NCBI GenBank assembly: GCA_963826115.1 | Contig: CAWGVS010000005.1 | Span: forward strand, 1,888,001 to 1,952,000 | Direction: 5' to 3' | Source of the DNA: an uncultured Candidatus Rokubacteria bacterium | GTDB taxonomy: Bacteria > Methylomirabilota > Methylomirabilia > Rokubacteriales > DASRDR01 | Length of the DNA: 64,000 nucleotides | Part shown: in pieces, positions 29,170 to 38,206 of the stretch | How positions within the stretch are numbered: the stretch's first letter is position 1 | Layout: each line of letters starts with the position of its first letter | Notes under the pieces: generated by a model | Databases searched by the model: none | Seen by the model: the letters and a program-made list of their open reading frames with translations, nothing else | Told to the model about the DNA's origin: nothing | Position numbers and translations under genes: made by a program

Positions 29170-29994
29170 TCACGCGGACGTCCGGAGGCGGGGGTCGAGC
29201 CGCTCGCGCAGCCCCTCGCCCAGGAGGTTGAAGCCGACCACCGCCACGATGAGCGCGAGCATCGGCACGCCCATGCCCCACCAGCTCACCATCAGGTAGC
29301 CGCGTCCCTCGGCGATCATCGCGCCCCACGACGGCGTGGCCGCCTGGACGCCGAGCCCCACGAACGACAGGAGCGCCTCGACGCCGACCGCGATGGCCAT
29401 CTCGAGCGACACCAGCACGATGATGAGGGGCACGAGATTGGGCAGGAGCTCCTCGACCATCACGCGGAGCGGCGGAAGGCCCACCGCCCGCGCGGCGTCG
29501 ACAAACTCGCGCTCGCGGAGCGCCAGGACCTCGCCGCGGATCACGCGGGCGAAGCGCGTCCAGTCGACGATCACGATCGCCAGGACGACCTTCCAGAGCC
29601 CGAGGCCCAGCACCGCCATGAGGGCGATCGCCAGCAGGACGGCAGGGATCGACATCCACACGTCGACCACGCGCATCAGGATCGTGTCGACCCGGCCACG
29701 GGCGTATCCGGCGACGAGGGCCACCGGGACGCCGGCCAGCGCCGAGATGACGGCGCTGGCCACGGCGACCACGACGGCCACGCGAGCGCCCCACAGGAGG
29801 CGAGAGAGAATGTCGCGGCCAAGGCTGTCGGTGCCCAGCGCGTGGCGCCAGGCGCCGCCGGCCCAGACCGGCGGCTGGCGCACCGAGACCAGGTCCTGTC
29901 GGTTCGGGTCGTGCGGCGCCACGGTGGGGCCCACGATCGCGAGCACGACCAGGAGAAGCGCGATCGCGCCGCCGGCCCAGAGCCTCCCGTTCAC
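29170..29994 (-). CDS. Peptide ABC permease (DppC-like)
   Basis: LGTDSLGRDILSRL, EFVDAARAVG, EALLSFVGLG, PSWG. Confidence 0.93.
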   Translation of the reverse strand: MNGRLWAGGAIALLLVVLAIVGPTVAPHDPNRQDLVSVRQPPVWAGGAWRHALGTDSLGRDILSRLLWGARVAVVVAVASAVISALAGVPVALVAGYARGRVDTILMRVVDVWMSIPAVLLAIALMAVLGLGLWKVVLAIVIVDWTRFARVIRGEVLALREREFVDAARAVGLPPLRVMVEELLPNLVPLIIVLVSLEMAIAVGVEALLSFVGLGVQAATPSWGAMIAEGRGYLMVSWWGMGVPMLALIVAVVGFNLLGEGLRERLDPRLRTSA

Positions 29995-30001
29995 GGCGCG
30001 A

Positions 30002-31011
30002 TCACGTCGCCAGGCGGACTCGCGGATTGAGGAGCGCGTACGCGACGTCGACGGCCAGGTTGGAGAGGATGACCGTGACCGCGTAGACGAGCACGATCCC
30101 CTGGATCAGGGGAAAGTCCCGGTACTGGAACGCCTGGAGGGTGAGCTGCCCGATGCCGGGCCAGGAGAAGATCGTCTCGATCAGCACGGTCCCGCCGATC
30201 AGGAACCCGAACTGGACGCCGATCAGGGTCACCGTCGGGATCAACGCGTTCCGGAGCGCGCGCCAGAGCAGGATCCGGGCCTCGCCGAGGCCCTTCATCC
30301 GCTCGGTGACGACGTACTCCTCGCCGAGGGCGCCGATCAGGTCCGAGCGGACCGTGCGGAACACCGCGGCCAGGAGCGGCAGGGCCAGGGCGGTCGCGGG
30401 GAGGAGCAGGTGGGCGAGGACCGATCCGAGCGCCACCGGGTCGCGACGGAGGAGCACGTCGACCACCGCCGAGCCGGTCACCTCGGCCGCCTCGTACTCG
30501 GGCGCGATCCGCCCCGAGATCGGAAGGAGCTGCAAGATGGCGCCGAAGACGACGATGAGGAGGAGCCCCCAGACGAAGTTCGGCACCGCGATCCCGAGCG
30601 TCCCCAGCGACACCGCGCCCGACTCCAGCCAGCCGCGCCGTCGCCACACCGAGCCGGCCCCGAGCAGGACGCCCCCCCCGTCGCGAGGAAGAGCGCGCTC
30701 ACCGCGAGCTCGAGCGTCGCCGGGAGCCGCTCCAGGATCACCCGGAGCGCGTCCTGCTGCAGCCACAGGGACCGCCCGAAGTTCCCGCGGCAGAGGCTCA
30801 GAAAGAACGCGCCGTACTGCGCCCACCAGGATCCGGTCAGGCCGAACTCCCGGCGGACCCGCTCGATGTCCTGCGCGCTCGATCCCACCGGCGCCATCAG
30901 GATCGCGGGATCGCCGGGCAGGATCCGGAGGAGCACGAACACGAGGACACTGACGCCCCACAGCGAGAGAACCGCCAGGAGGAGCCGGCTCAGCAGGAAG
31001 CGGAGAGACAT
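30002..31011 (-). pseudogene. Peptide ABC permease (DppB-like), frameshifted at a G8 tract
   Basis: N-half (PGDPA...RLPATLELA) in the frame starting at 31011 and C-half (PNFVWG...ETIFSWPGIG...DFPLIQG) in the frame ending at 30002. The switch is at C8, 30672-30679. Confidence 0.88.
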
Positions 31012-31124
31012 GACGCGGGCTCGGGTCCAGCACTCGCCACGAGCATGTCAACGATTGGCCGGACTGTAACGCAAGTTCTCCGGGGTCGCAAGGTGGTTGC
31101 GGCCGTCGGGGGCCCCGTCATACC

Positions 31125-32384
31125 GTGGGACCCGTGCTAGACGGCCCTCTGCCCCCGTACACGGTCGTCCCGTTCGTGGCGATGCTCCTCGCGATCGCGG
31201 TCTGCCCCCTTCTGACCCCGCACTGGTGGGAGTCGAACCGGAACAAGCTCGTCCTGGCGTGCGTGCTCGGGCTTCCCGTGGTGGGGCTCTACGTCGTGCG
31301 CCACCCGCACGCGCTCCTGGAGACGGCCGAGGAGTACGTGTCGTTCATGCTGCTGCTCTCCGCCCTGTACGTCATCGCGGGCGGCACGCGTCTCACCGGA
31401 GATCTGGAGGCGACGCCCCTCGTCAACACCGCGTTCCTCGGAGCCGGGAGCCTCCTCGCCTCGTTTCTCGGCACGACCGGAGCCTCCATGGTCCTGATCC
31501 GTCCGGTGCTCCAGACCAACCGCCAGCGCACGCACATGACCCACACCGTGGTCTTCTTCATCTTCCTCGTCTCGAACGTCGGCGGCCTCCTGACCCCGCT
31601 GGGCGACCCACCGCTCTTCCTCGGGTACCTCCGGGGCGTGCCCTTCACCTGGACGTTCCGCCTCCTGCCGCACTGGTTATTCGCCGTGGGCCTGCTACTA
31701 CTCGTCTACTTCATCTGGGACTCGGTGGCGTACGGATGGGAGCCGGCCCGGGCCATCGCCAAGGACGAGGCCGAGCGTCGCCCGCTCCGCCTGCAAGGAA
31801 CGCTGAACTTCGTGTGGCTCGGCGGCGTCGTGCTGGCCGTCGCGTTCCTCCACGCGCCCTGGCGGGAGGCGCTGATCCTCGCCCTCGCCGGGCTCTCGCT
31901 CTGGCAGACGCCGCACGCGGTACACCGCGAAAACGAGTTCTCGGCCGGCCCGATGATCGAGGTCGCCGTCCTGTTCTTCGGGATCTTCCTCACGATGATC
32001 CCCGCCCTCGACCTCCTCCGGGCCCGGGGCTCGGACCTGGGAGTGGTGAAGCCCTGGCAGTTCTTCTGGGCGACCGGGCTACTCTCGTCCTTCCTCGACA
32101 ACGCCCCCACCTACCTGACCTTCCTCGCGCTGGGCCAGGGCCTCCGCCTGGCCGACGAGGTGGTGGGCGTGCCTCACGCGATCCTCGCCGCGATCAGCGT
32201 CGGCGCGGTGTTCATGGGGGCCAACACCTACATCGGCAACGCGCCGAACTTCATGGTGAAGGCGATCGCCGAGGCCGGCCGAGTCCGGATGCCCTCGTTC
32301 TTCGGCTACATGCTGTACAGCGGCGGCGTCCTGCTCCCGGTCTTCGCCGTCGTGACCTGGCTGTTCTTCGCCGGCCGGCCCTGA
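31125..32384 (+). CDS. Putative sodium:proton antiporter / IT-superfamily transporter
   Basis: GTTGASM, SNVGGLLTPLGDPPLFLG, LSSFLDNAPTY, GANTYIGNAPNFMVK. Start may be GTG 31134. Confidence 0.85.
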   Translation: MGPVLDGPLPPYTVVPFVAMLLAIAVCPLLTPHWWESNRNKLVLACVLGLPVVGLYVVRHPHALLETAEEYVSFMLLLSALYVIAGGTRLTGDLEATPLVNTAFLGAGSLLASFLGTTGASMVLIRPVLQTNRQRTHMTHTVVFFIFLVSNVGGLLTPLGDPPLFLGYLRGVPFTWTFRLLPHWLFAVGLLLLVYFIWDSVAYGWEPARAIAKDEAERRPLRLQGTLNFVWLGGVVLAVAFLHAPWREALILALAGLSLWQTPHAVHRENEFSAGPMIEVAVLFFGIFLTMIPALDLLRARGSDLGVVKPWQFFWATGLLSSFLDNAPTYLTFLALGQGLRLADEVVGVPHAILAAISVGAVFMGANTYIGNAPNFMVKAIAEAGRVRMPSFFGYMLYSGGVLLPVFAVVTWLFFAGRP

Positions 32385-32414
32385 CCGCGACCGTCTCCGG
32401 CGCCCGTGCCGGGC

Positions 32415-33158
32415 TCAGACCGCGAGAAGCCGGTGCTTGAGCGCCAGATCCGCCTCGAGCGCGGCGGCGGCGCCCGCGTGGACGATGCGGCCGTCGTCGA
32501 TGACGTACGCGCGGTCTGCCAGGCCGAGCGCCATCGAGGAGTTCTGCTCGACGAGCAGAATGGCCGTCCCGTCGGCGCGAATCTCCTCGATCACCGCAAT
32601 GATGTCCTCGACGATCCTCGGGGCCAGGCCCTGGGACGGCTCGTCCATGAGGACGAGTCGGGGATGGAGGAGGAGGGCCCGGGCGATCGCGACCAGCTGG
32701 GCCTCGCCGCCCGAGAGATGCTCGCCGGATCGATGCCGGAGTCGCGCCAGGATCGGAAACCGATCGTAGACGCGCTCGAGGCTCCAGGCGCGCCCTCCCG
32801 CCGGCGGTGGCAGAGCGCGCGGAAGCGCCATCGCGAGGTTCCGCTCGACCGTCAGGGTCGGGAAGACGCGGCGATTGTCCGGCACCCAGGCGATCCCGTG
32901 CCGCGCGATCAGGTGCGTCGGGAGCGCGGTGACGTCGGCGCCGGCGAACACGATCCGGCCCCGGCGGACCGGCACCAGCCCGAGGATGCTCTTGATCGTC
33001 GTGGTCTTGCCCCGCCCGTTCCGGCCCAGGAGGCACACGGTCTCCCCCGCGCCGACCTCGAGCGAGAGCCCGCGCAGGATCTGGGCGTCGCCGTAGAAGG
33101 TGTCGATGGCCTCCACCACCAGCAGCGGAGACCGCGAAGCGACGCCGGGAGCCGTCAC
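32415..33158 (-). CDS. livF: Branched-chain amino acid-type ABC ATP-binding protein
   Basis: GRNGRGKTT, LSGGE, DEPSQGLAP, LLVEQN. Confidence 0.9.
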   Translation of the reverse strand: MTAPGVASRSPLLVVEAIDTFYGDAQILRGLSLEVGAGETVCLLGRNGRGKTTTIKSILGLVPVRRGRIVFAGADVTALPTHLIARHGIAWVPDNRRVFPTLTVERNLAMALPRALPPPAGGRAWSLERVYDRFPILARLRHRSGEHLSGGEAQLVAIARALLLHPRLVLMDEPSQGLAPRIVEDIIAVIEEIRADGTAILLVEQNSSMALGLADRAYVIDDGRIVHAGAAAALEADLALKHRLLAV

Positions 33159-33955
33159 GATCGCGCGGCCCGCGAGACCGTTCCGGGGCGGCCGAGGTAC
33201 GCCTCGCGAACCTCGGGGTGGTCCCGGATGGAGGCCGGCGGCCCCTCGGCGATGACCCGGCCCCGGTGGAGCACCGCGACGTGGTGCGAAAGCGTGAGGA
33301 CGAAGTCCATGTCGTGCTCGATCACGACGACCGTGAGACGCTCCGAGAGCTGGCGCACCAGGTCGCGGAGCGTCTCCATCGGGCGCATCCCGAGACCGCT
33401 GGTCGGCTCGTCGAGCAGGAGCACCTCCGGCTCCCCGGCCAGTGCCACGCCGATCTCGAGCAGCCGGCGCTGCCCGTAGGAGAGGTAGCGAGCGGCGACG
33501 CGCTCGCGACCGGCCAGGCCGATGAGGCGGACGATGCGCGCCGCCCGGTCCTGAGCCTCGGACAGGGCCCCCGCGGGCGTCCAGCAGTCGAAACCGCGCG
33601 CGCGCATGGCCGGCACCGCCAGCCGGACGTTCTCGAGCACGGTGTCCTCGTCGAAGAGATTCAGCACCTGGAAAGACCGGCAGATGCCCAGACGCGCCCG
33701 GAGGTGCGGCGGCTGGCCGGTGACGTCCTGACCCTTGTAGCGGATCTCGCCCGCGTCGGCGGCGAGGAAGCCGGTCAGGATGTTGAAGCACGTCGTCTTC
33801 CCGGCGCCGTTCGGCCCGATGAGCGCCGACAGCCGGCCGGTCGGAAACACGAGGTCCACGTCGTCCAGCACGACGTGTCCGCCGAACGCCTTGCGGAGAC
33901 CGCGCGCCTCGAGAACGGGCGCCAACGGCTGCGTGACGGACTCGCCGGACGTCAC
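33155..33955 (-). CDS. livG: Branched-chain amino acid-type ABC ATP-binding protein
   Basis: GPNGAGKTT, LSYGQRR, IEHDM, VREAYLG. Confidence 0.9.
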   Translation of the reverse strand: MTSGESVTQPLAPVLEARGLRKAFGGHVVLDDVDLVFPTGRLSALIGPNGAGKTTCFNILTGFLAADAGEIRYKGQDVTGQPPHLRARLGICRSFQVLNLFDEDTVLENVRLAVPAMRARGFDCWTPAGALSEAQDRAARIVRLIGLAGRERVAARYLSYGQRRLLEIGVALAGEPEVLLLDEPTSGLGMRPMETLRDLVRQLSERLTVVVIEHDMDFVLTLSHHVAVLHRGRVIAEGPPASIRDHPEVREAYLGRPGTVSRAARS

Positions 33956-34983
33956 GGCTCGGGCTCGTTCGGCGCCCCGGCAGGTCTCGGCGCGTCCCCC
34001 GCGCGCGCCTCGTGCGCCGCGGCCGTGTCGTGGAATCCCGCCGGCTGGCGCAGACGCCGCGCGACGCCGAGGATGCCCTCGGGCATGAAGAGGATGACCG
34101 CCATGAACAGGGCGCCGTAGGCGAGCATCCAGTGGTCCGTCAGGGTCGACAGCACGTCCCGCAGGACCAGGAACACGACAACCCCGAGCACGGGCCCGTA
34201 GAAGCTCGCGAACCCGCCGCCGATCAGGCACATGAGCACGACGTTGCCCGACTGGGACAGGCTCATCGGCTCGGCGAACGCGCCGAACCTCGCCAGCGCG
34301 TACAGGCCCCCCGCCAGCCCGGCGAACCCGCAGGAGAGCGTGAAGACGGCCCACTTGTACCGGGCCGTGTCGTAGCCCACGGCGCGCGCCCGCGTCTCGC
34401 TCTGCCGGATCGCCCGGATGACCTGGCCGAACGGGGAGTTGACGATCCGCCACAGCACGACGGTCGCCCCCACGAACCACGCGTAGACGAAGTAGTAGAA
34501 GGGGACGTTGTCCCGCAGCGCATGGCCCAGCACGGAGAGGCGGTTGATGCCGGTGAGCCCGTCCTCCCCGCCCGTCCACCCGTCGAAGACGAACACCATG
34601 AACCAGAACATGACGCCGAAGGCGATCGTGAGCAGGGAGAAGTAGATGCCCCGGCGGCGAGCGACGAAGAGTCCGACGCACGCGCCCGCGAGGAGCGTGC
34701 CGAGGATCGCGGCCAGGAGCGGCAGGGCGAGGCCGCCGGTGGCCCACTTCTGGGTCAGCCCGAGGACGTAGCCGCCGATGCCGAAGAAGGCCCCGTGGCC
34801 GAAGGCCGGGAGGCCCGTGTAGCCGAGGAGCAGGTTGTAGCCGAGGGCGAAGATCGCCCAGATCATCACCTCGGCGCCGAGGTAGGTGTAGCCGAACCGC
34901 GGGAGGACCACCGGGAGAAGGAGGAAGAGCGCGAACATCGCCAGCATGGGGGGCGGAGCCCAGCGGGCGAGCGCGCGACTCAC
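33952..34983 (-). CDS. livM: Branched-chain amino acid-type ABC permease
   Basis: GYTGLPAFGHGAFFG, GIYFSLLT, TGGEDG, SPFG. Confidence 0.9.
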   Translation of the reverse strand: MSRALARWAPPPMLAMFALFLLLPVVLPRFGYTYLGAEVMIWAIFALGYNLLLGYTGLPAFGHGAFFGIGGYVLGLTQKWATGGLALPLLAAILGTLLAGACVGLFVARRRGIYFSLLTIAFGVMFWFMVFVFDGWTGGEDGLTGINRLSVLGHALRDNVPFYYFVYAWFVGATVVLWRIVNSPFGQVIRAIRQSETRARAVGYDTARYKWAVFTLSCGFAGLAGGLYALARFGAFAEPMSLSQSGNVVLMCLIGGGFASFYGPVLGVVVFLVLRDVLSTLTDHWMLAYGALFMAVILFMPEGILGVARRLRQPAGFHDTAAAHEARAGDAPRPAGAPNEPEP

Positions 34984-34988
34984 CGGCC

Positions 34989-35867
34989 TTAGAGCTCCAG
35001 CACGGACTTCTGGCCCATCAGGCCGCGCGGGCGCCACAGCAGGACGACCACCATGAGCACGTACATCACCAGGATCGAGCCCCGGGGCACGACGAGGTTC
35101 GAGAGGCCGCTGACGGTACCGAGCAAGAGCCCCCCGATGACGGCGCCCCAGAAGGACCCGATGCCGCCGATCACCACCACGATGAACGCGGGCATCACCG
35201 CCTCGGCGCCGACCGTCGGCTTGAGGCTCCACATGGGCGCGGCGATCACGCCGGCGACGCCGGCCATGGCCGTCCCGAGCGCGAAGACCAGGCTACGGAG
35301 CCGGCCCAGGTCGATCCCGAGCGCCCGCACCATCTCACCGTCATGCGCGCCGGCCTTGGTGATCGCGCCGTAGGGCGTCCGCTCGAGAAACCACCAGGCC
35401 AAGCCGAGCAGCACGACGGCGAGCACCGCGACGAGGATCCGGTAGCGCGAGTAGACGAGGAATCCCCACTGGAAGCGGCCGGCCACGAAAGCGGGGGCGG
35501 AGATCGTGTAGCCGCGCGGGGTCCAGACGATCCGGATGATCTCCTCCAACGCCAGAGCCGCGCCGAAGGTGAACAGGAGGCCGAACAGCGGGTCTCTCCC
35601 GTAGGTCCGGCGGACCCCGCGCTCGAGCACGAGGCCCACGAGCCCCACGCCGAGGGGCGCCAGCACGAGGGCGCCCCACCATCCGACGTGGGGCTGGAGC
35701 GCCAGGGCGAAGTAGCCGCCCAAGGCGAACAGCACGCCGTGGGCGAAGTTGATCACCTCCATCGTGCCCAGGATCAGCATGAACCCGAGCGCGATGATGG
35801 CGTAGAGGAGCCCGAGCACGACCCCGTTGAGGAGCTGGGTGACCAGCTCGGCCAGCCCGGGCATCAT
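34989..35867 (-). CDS. livH: Branched-chain amino acid-type ABC permease
   Basis: LNGVVLG, INFAHG, FIVVVIGGIGS. Confidence 0.9.
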   Translation of the reverse strand: MMPGLAELVTQLLNGVVLGLLYAIIALGFMLILGTMEVINFAHGVLFALGGYFALALQPHVGWWGALVLAPLGVGLVGLVLERGVRRTYGRDPLFGLLFTFGAALALEEIIRIVWTPRGYTISAPAFVAGRFQWGFLVYSRYRILVAVLAVVLLGLAWWFLERTPYGAITKAGAHDGEMVRALGIDLGRLRSLVFALGTAMAGVAGVIAAPMWSLKPTVGAEAVMPAFIVVVIGGIGSFWGAVIGGLLLGTVSGLSNLVVPRGSILVMYVLMVVVLLWRPRGLMGQKSVLEL

Positions 35868-35987
35868 GGCCGAGCGCCCTCGGGCGGCGTAGCCCTCACG
35901 CCGGGCGGACGGCCTCGATGTCGACGCCCTTCACGAGGCCCCGCCGCGGGAAGGTCCACGCCGCCCGGACATCGGACGCCGACGGTC

Positions 35988-37274
35988 CTAGCCCCCGTAC
36001 ACCGGGGTGTCGGCCAGCGACTGCATCTTGCACTTGGAGAGGTCGCGGGGCGGCGACACCTCCTCCGGCGACAGCTCGGCGATCATCTCGATCAGGTCGT
36101 ACTTCTCCTTCATGTCCTTCTCTTTCTTCGCCCGGGCGAGGAAGAGCATCTGGCCGACCAGGTGATCCCACTCGCGGATCGTCGACGGGTGCTTGCGGAA
36201 GTTGTCCTTGATGACGTGCCCCTCGAGCGCCTTGATGACCTCGTGGTTCCGGGTCGTGCCCGCTCGCTCGATCGCGCGGAACAGCTCGCGGGTCGCGATG
36301 TACCCGTTGCACGACACGTTGTCGGGCACCTCGATGGGAGCGCCGGCCCAGCGCTTGCGGAACCGCTGGACGAAGTCCTGGGAGCCGGGGTCGGTGAGCG
36401 TGTAGTGCCACGTGGTCGTGAAGTACCCGAAGGCCTTCTTGGCCCCGAGCGCGTACAGGTCCGGGTAGTCCTGCTGGGGGAACACCCAGTGGGCGTCCTT
36501 CTCGGAGCCGAACTCGTTCGCCTGCTCCCGCAGCGCGGTCTGCTCGATTCCCGCCACGTTGGCGAAGACGACCTCGGGTTTCGCGCTGCGGATCCGGAGG
36601 AGCTGGGCGCTGAAGTCGCGGGTCCCCTGGGGCACCATCAGCTCGCCGGCCTCCTCGGCGCCGACCTTCTTCATGATGTCGCGCGTGCCGGCAGTGACGT
36701 TCTTCCCCCACACGTAGTCGTGGGTCAGGAGGAACCATTTCTTCCCGAGGTTCTTGGCGACGAGCGGGCCCAGCGCCTGGTTGAACATGTAGCCGTTCGC
36801 GTCCCAGACGAAGTTGACGCGCTGGCACTTCTCGTTCGTGACGGTGTCGGCGCTCGAGTTCGAGTTGAAGTAGATGATCCCGTACCGCTGGGCGAGCTCC
36901 GAGAGGGGGGCGGCGACGCCGCTCGAGAGCGCGCCGATCATGAAGTCGATCTTGTCGCGCTCGATGAGCTTCTGCGCCTTGCGGACCGCCACCGACGGGT
37001 CGGTCTCCGTGTCCTCCCAGCGCGCCTCGATCGGGCGCCCCAGCACGCCTCCCCGCGCGTTCTGCTCGTCGATGGCGAGCAGCATCCCGCGCCGGTCCGC
37101 CTGGCCGCTGTCGGCGAAGGTCCCGGTCGCGTCGCAGGTGAGGCCGATGATCAAAGGCTTCTTGGCCTGGGCGCGCGCCCAGCGCCAGTTCCCCATGAAG
37201 CCCACGCCGGCCCCGAACGCCGCCGCGCCCTTCAGCACCTGCCGTCGGTTCGGTCCCGAGCCCTGGTCAGCCAT
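35988..37274 (-). CDS. LivK/LivJ-type ABC substrate-binding protein, Tat-exported
   Basis: NRRQVLK Tat signal, NARGGVLGRPIE, DYVWG, GTRDFS. Confidence 0.9.
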   Translation of the reverse strand: MADQGSGPNRRQVLKGAAAFGAGVGFMGNWRWARAQAKKPLIIGLTCDATGTFADSGQADRRGMLLAIDEQNARGGVLGRPIEARWEDTETDPSVAVRKAQKLIERDKIDFMIGALSSGVAAPLSELAQRYGIIYFNSNSSADTVTNEKCQRVNFVWDANGYMFNQALGPLVAKNLGKKWFLLTHDYVWGKNVTAGTRDIMKKVGAEEAGELMVPQGTRDFSAQLLRIRSAKPEVVFANVAGIEQTALREQANEFGSEKDAHWVFPQQDYPDLYALGAKKAFGYFTTTWHYTLTDPGSQDFVQRFRKRWAGAPIEVPDNVSCNGYIATRELFRAIERAGTTRNHEVIKALEGHVIKDNFRKHPSTIREWDHLVGQMLFLARAKKEKDMKEKYDLIEMIAELSPEEVSPPRDLSKCKMQSLADTPVYGG

Positions 37275-37313
37275 CGTGCCGTCCTCCTCTCTCGGGGTGG
37301 TCGATCGCTCGTC

Positions 37314-38090
37314 TCACGTCGTCTCGGCGAGCCGCTCCATGGCGCGGAGCCGGTGGGTCTCCACCGCGCGGGCCGCGCGGGGCCAGTCCGCCGCCTCGAG
37401 GGCGGTCAGGATCTCCTCGTGCTCGGCGAGGGACTCCGCCGCGAATCCGCCGCGCCGCGCGTGCATGATGACGCGGTAGTACTCGCCGCGATCCCACACG
37501 TTCTGGAGCAGCTGGCGCACCTGCCGGAGGCCCGACGCCTCCCAGAGGCGCTGGTGGAACGCGCTGTCCGCCGCCACGGCCTGCGCGGTATCGCCCGCCG
37601 CCCGGGCGGCGATCATGTCCTTCTGGAGCGTTCGGAGGCCGACCAGGAACCGCGCCGTGATGCGCGGCGCGGCCTCGCGGAGGCACAGGGCCTCGAGCGC
37701 CGCCATCAGGAGGAAGCGCTCGCGAAACTCCTCCCGGGACAGGCCCGCCACCACGACGTCCCGGTGCGGGTTGATGCGAACGAAGCCCTCGCTCTCGAGC
37801 CGGCGGAGCGCCTGGAGGACGGGGATGCGGCTGATCCCCGCCGCCTGCGCCACCGCGCCGGCCACGATCCGCTCGCCAGGGGCCAGGCGACCGCCTACCA
37901 GGGCCTGACGGAGGTGGCGATAGGCGAGCTCCTCGAGGGTCTCCCGGCGGATCGGCTCCTCGAAGAGCGGACGTCGCACCGTCTCGGGAGCGCGGCCGGG
38001 CCGGGCGCCACGCGTGGGCGCCGCCCGCCCGGCCTCGGCGGCCGGGCGGCGAAGACGCGCTCCCGCGGTCCGGCGGGCTCCGGTCTTCAT
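37314..38090 (-). CDS. GntR (FadR/FCD) family transcriptional regulator
   Basis: LAPGERI...ISRIPVLQALRRLESEG winged HTH. FCD motifs DSAFH and EHEEI. Confidence 0.9.
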   Translation of the reverse strand: MKTGARRTAGARLRRPAAEAGRAAPTRGARPGRAPETVRRPLFEEPIRRETLEELAYRHLRQALVGGRLAPGERIVAGAVAQAAGISRIPVLQALRRLESEGFVRINPHRDVVVAGLSREEFRERFLLMAALEALCLREAAPRITARFLVGLRTLQKDMIAARAAGDTAQAVAADSAFHQRLWEASGLRQVRQLLQNVWDRGEYYRVIMHARRGGFAAESLAEHEEILTALEAADWPRAARAVETHRLRAMERLAETT

Positions 38091-38093
38091 GGC

Positions 38094-38127
38094 GTGTATA
38101 CAATATTCAGTCGCCGATCGCTGTCAA
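38094..38127 (-). promoter_or_regulatory. GntR gene promoter with overlapping GntR-type operator
   Basis: TTGACA (38127-38122), 16-bp spacer, TATTGT (38105-38100). Near-palindrome TTGTATACAC at 38103-38094. Confidence 0.7.
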
Positions 38128-38206
38128 GCCGGCGTCGGCCCCCGGCACGCCGCGCCGGGAACGTCGGCTCCGGGAAGCCCGCGGGCTCCCCGGAGCCGCT
38201 GAAACG

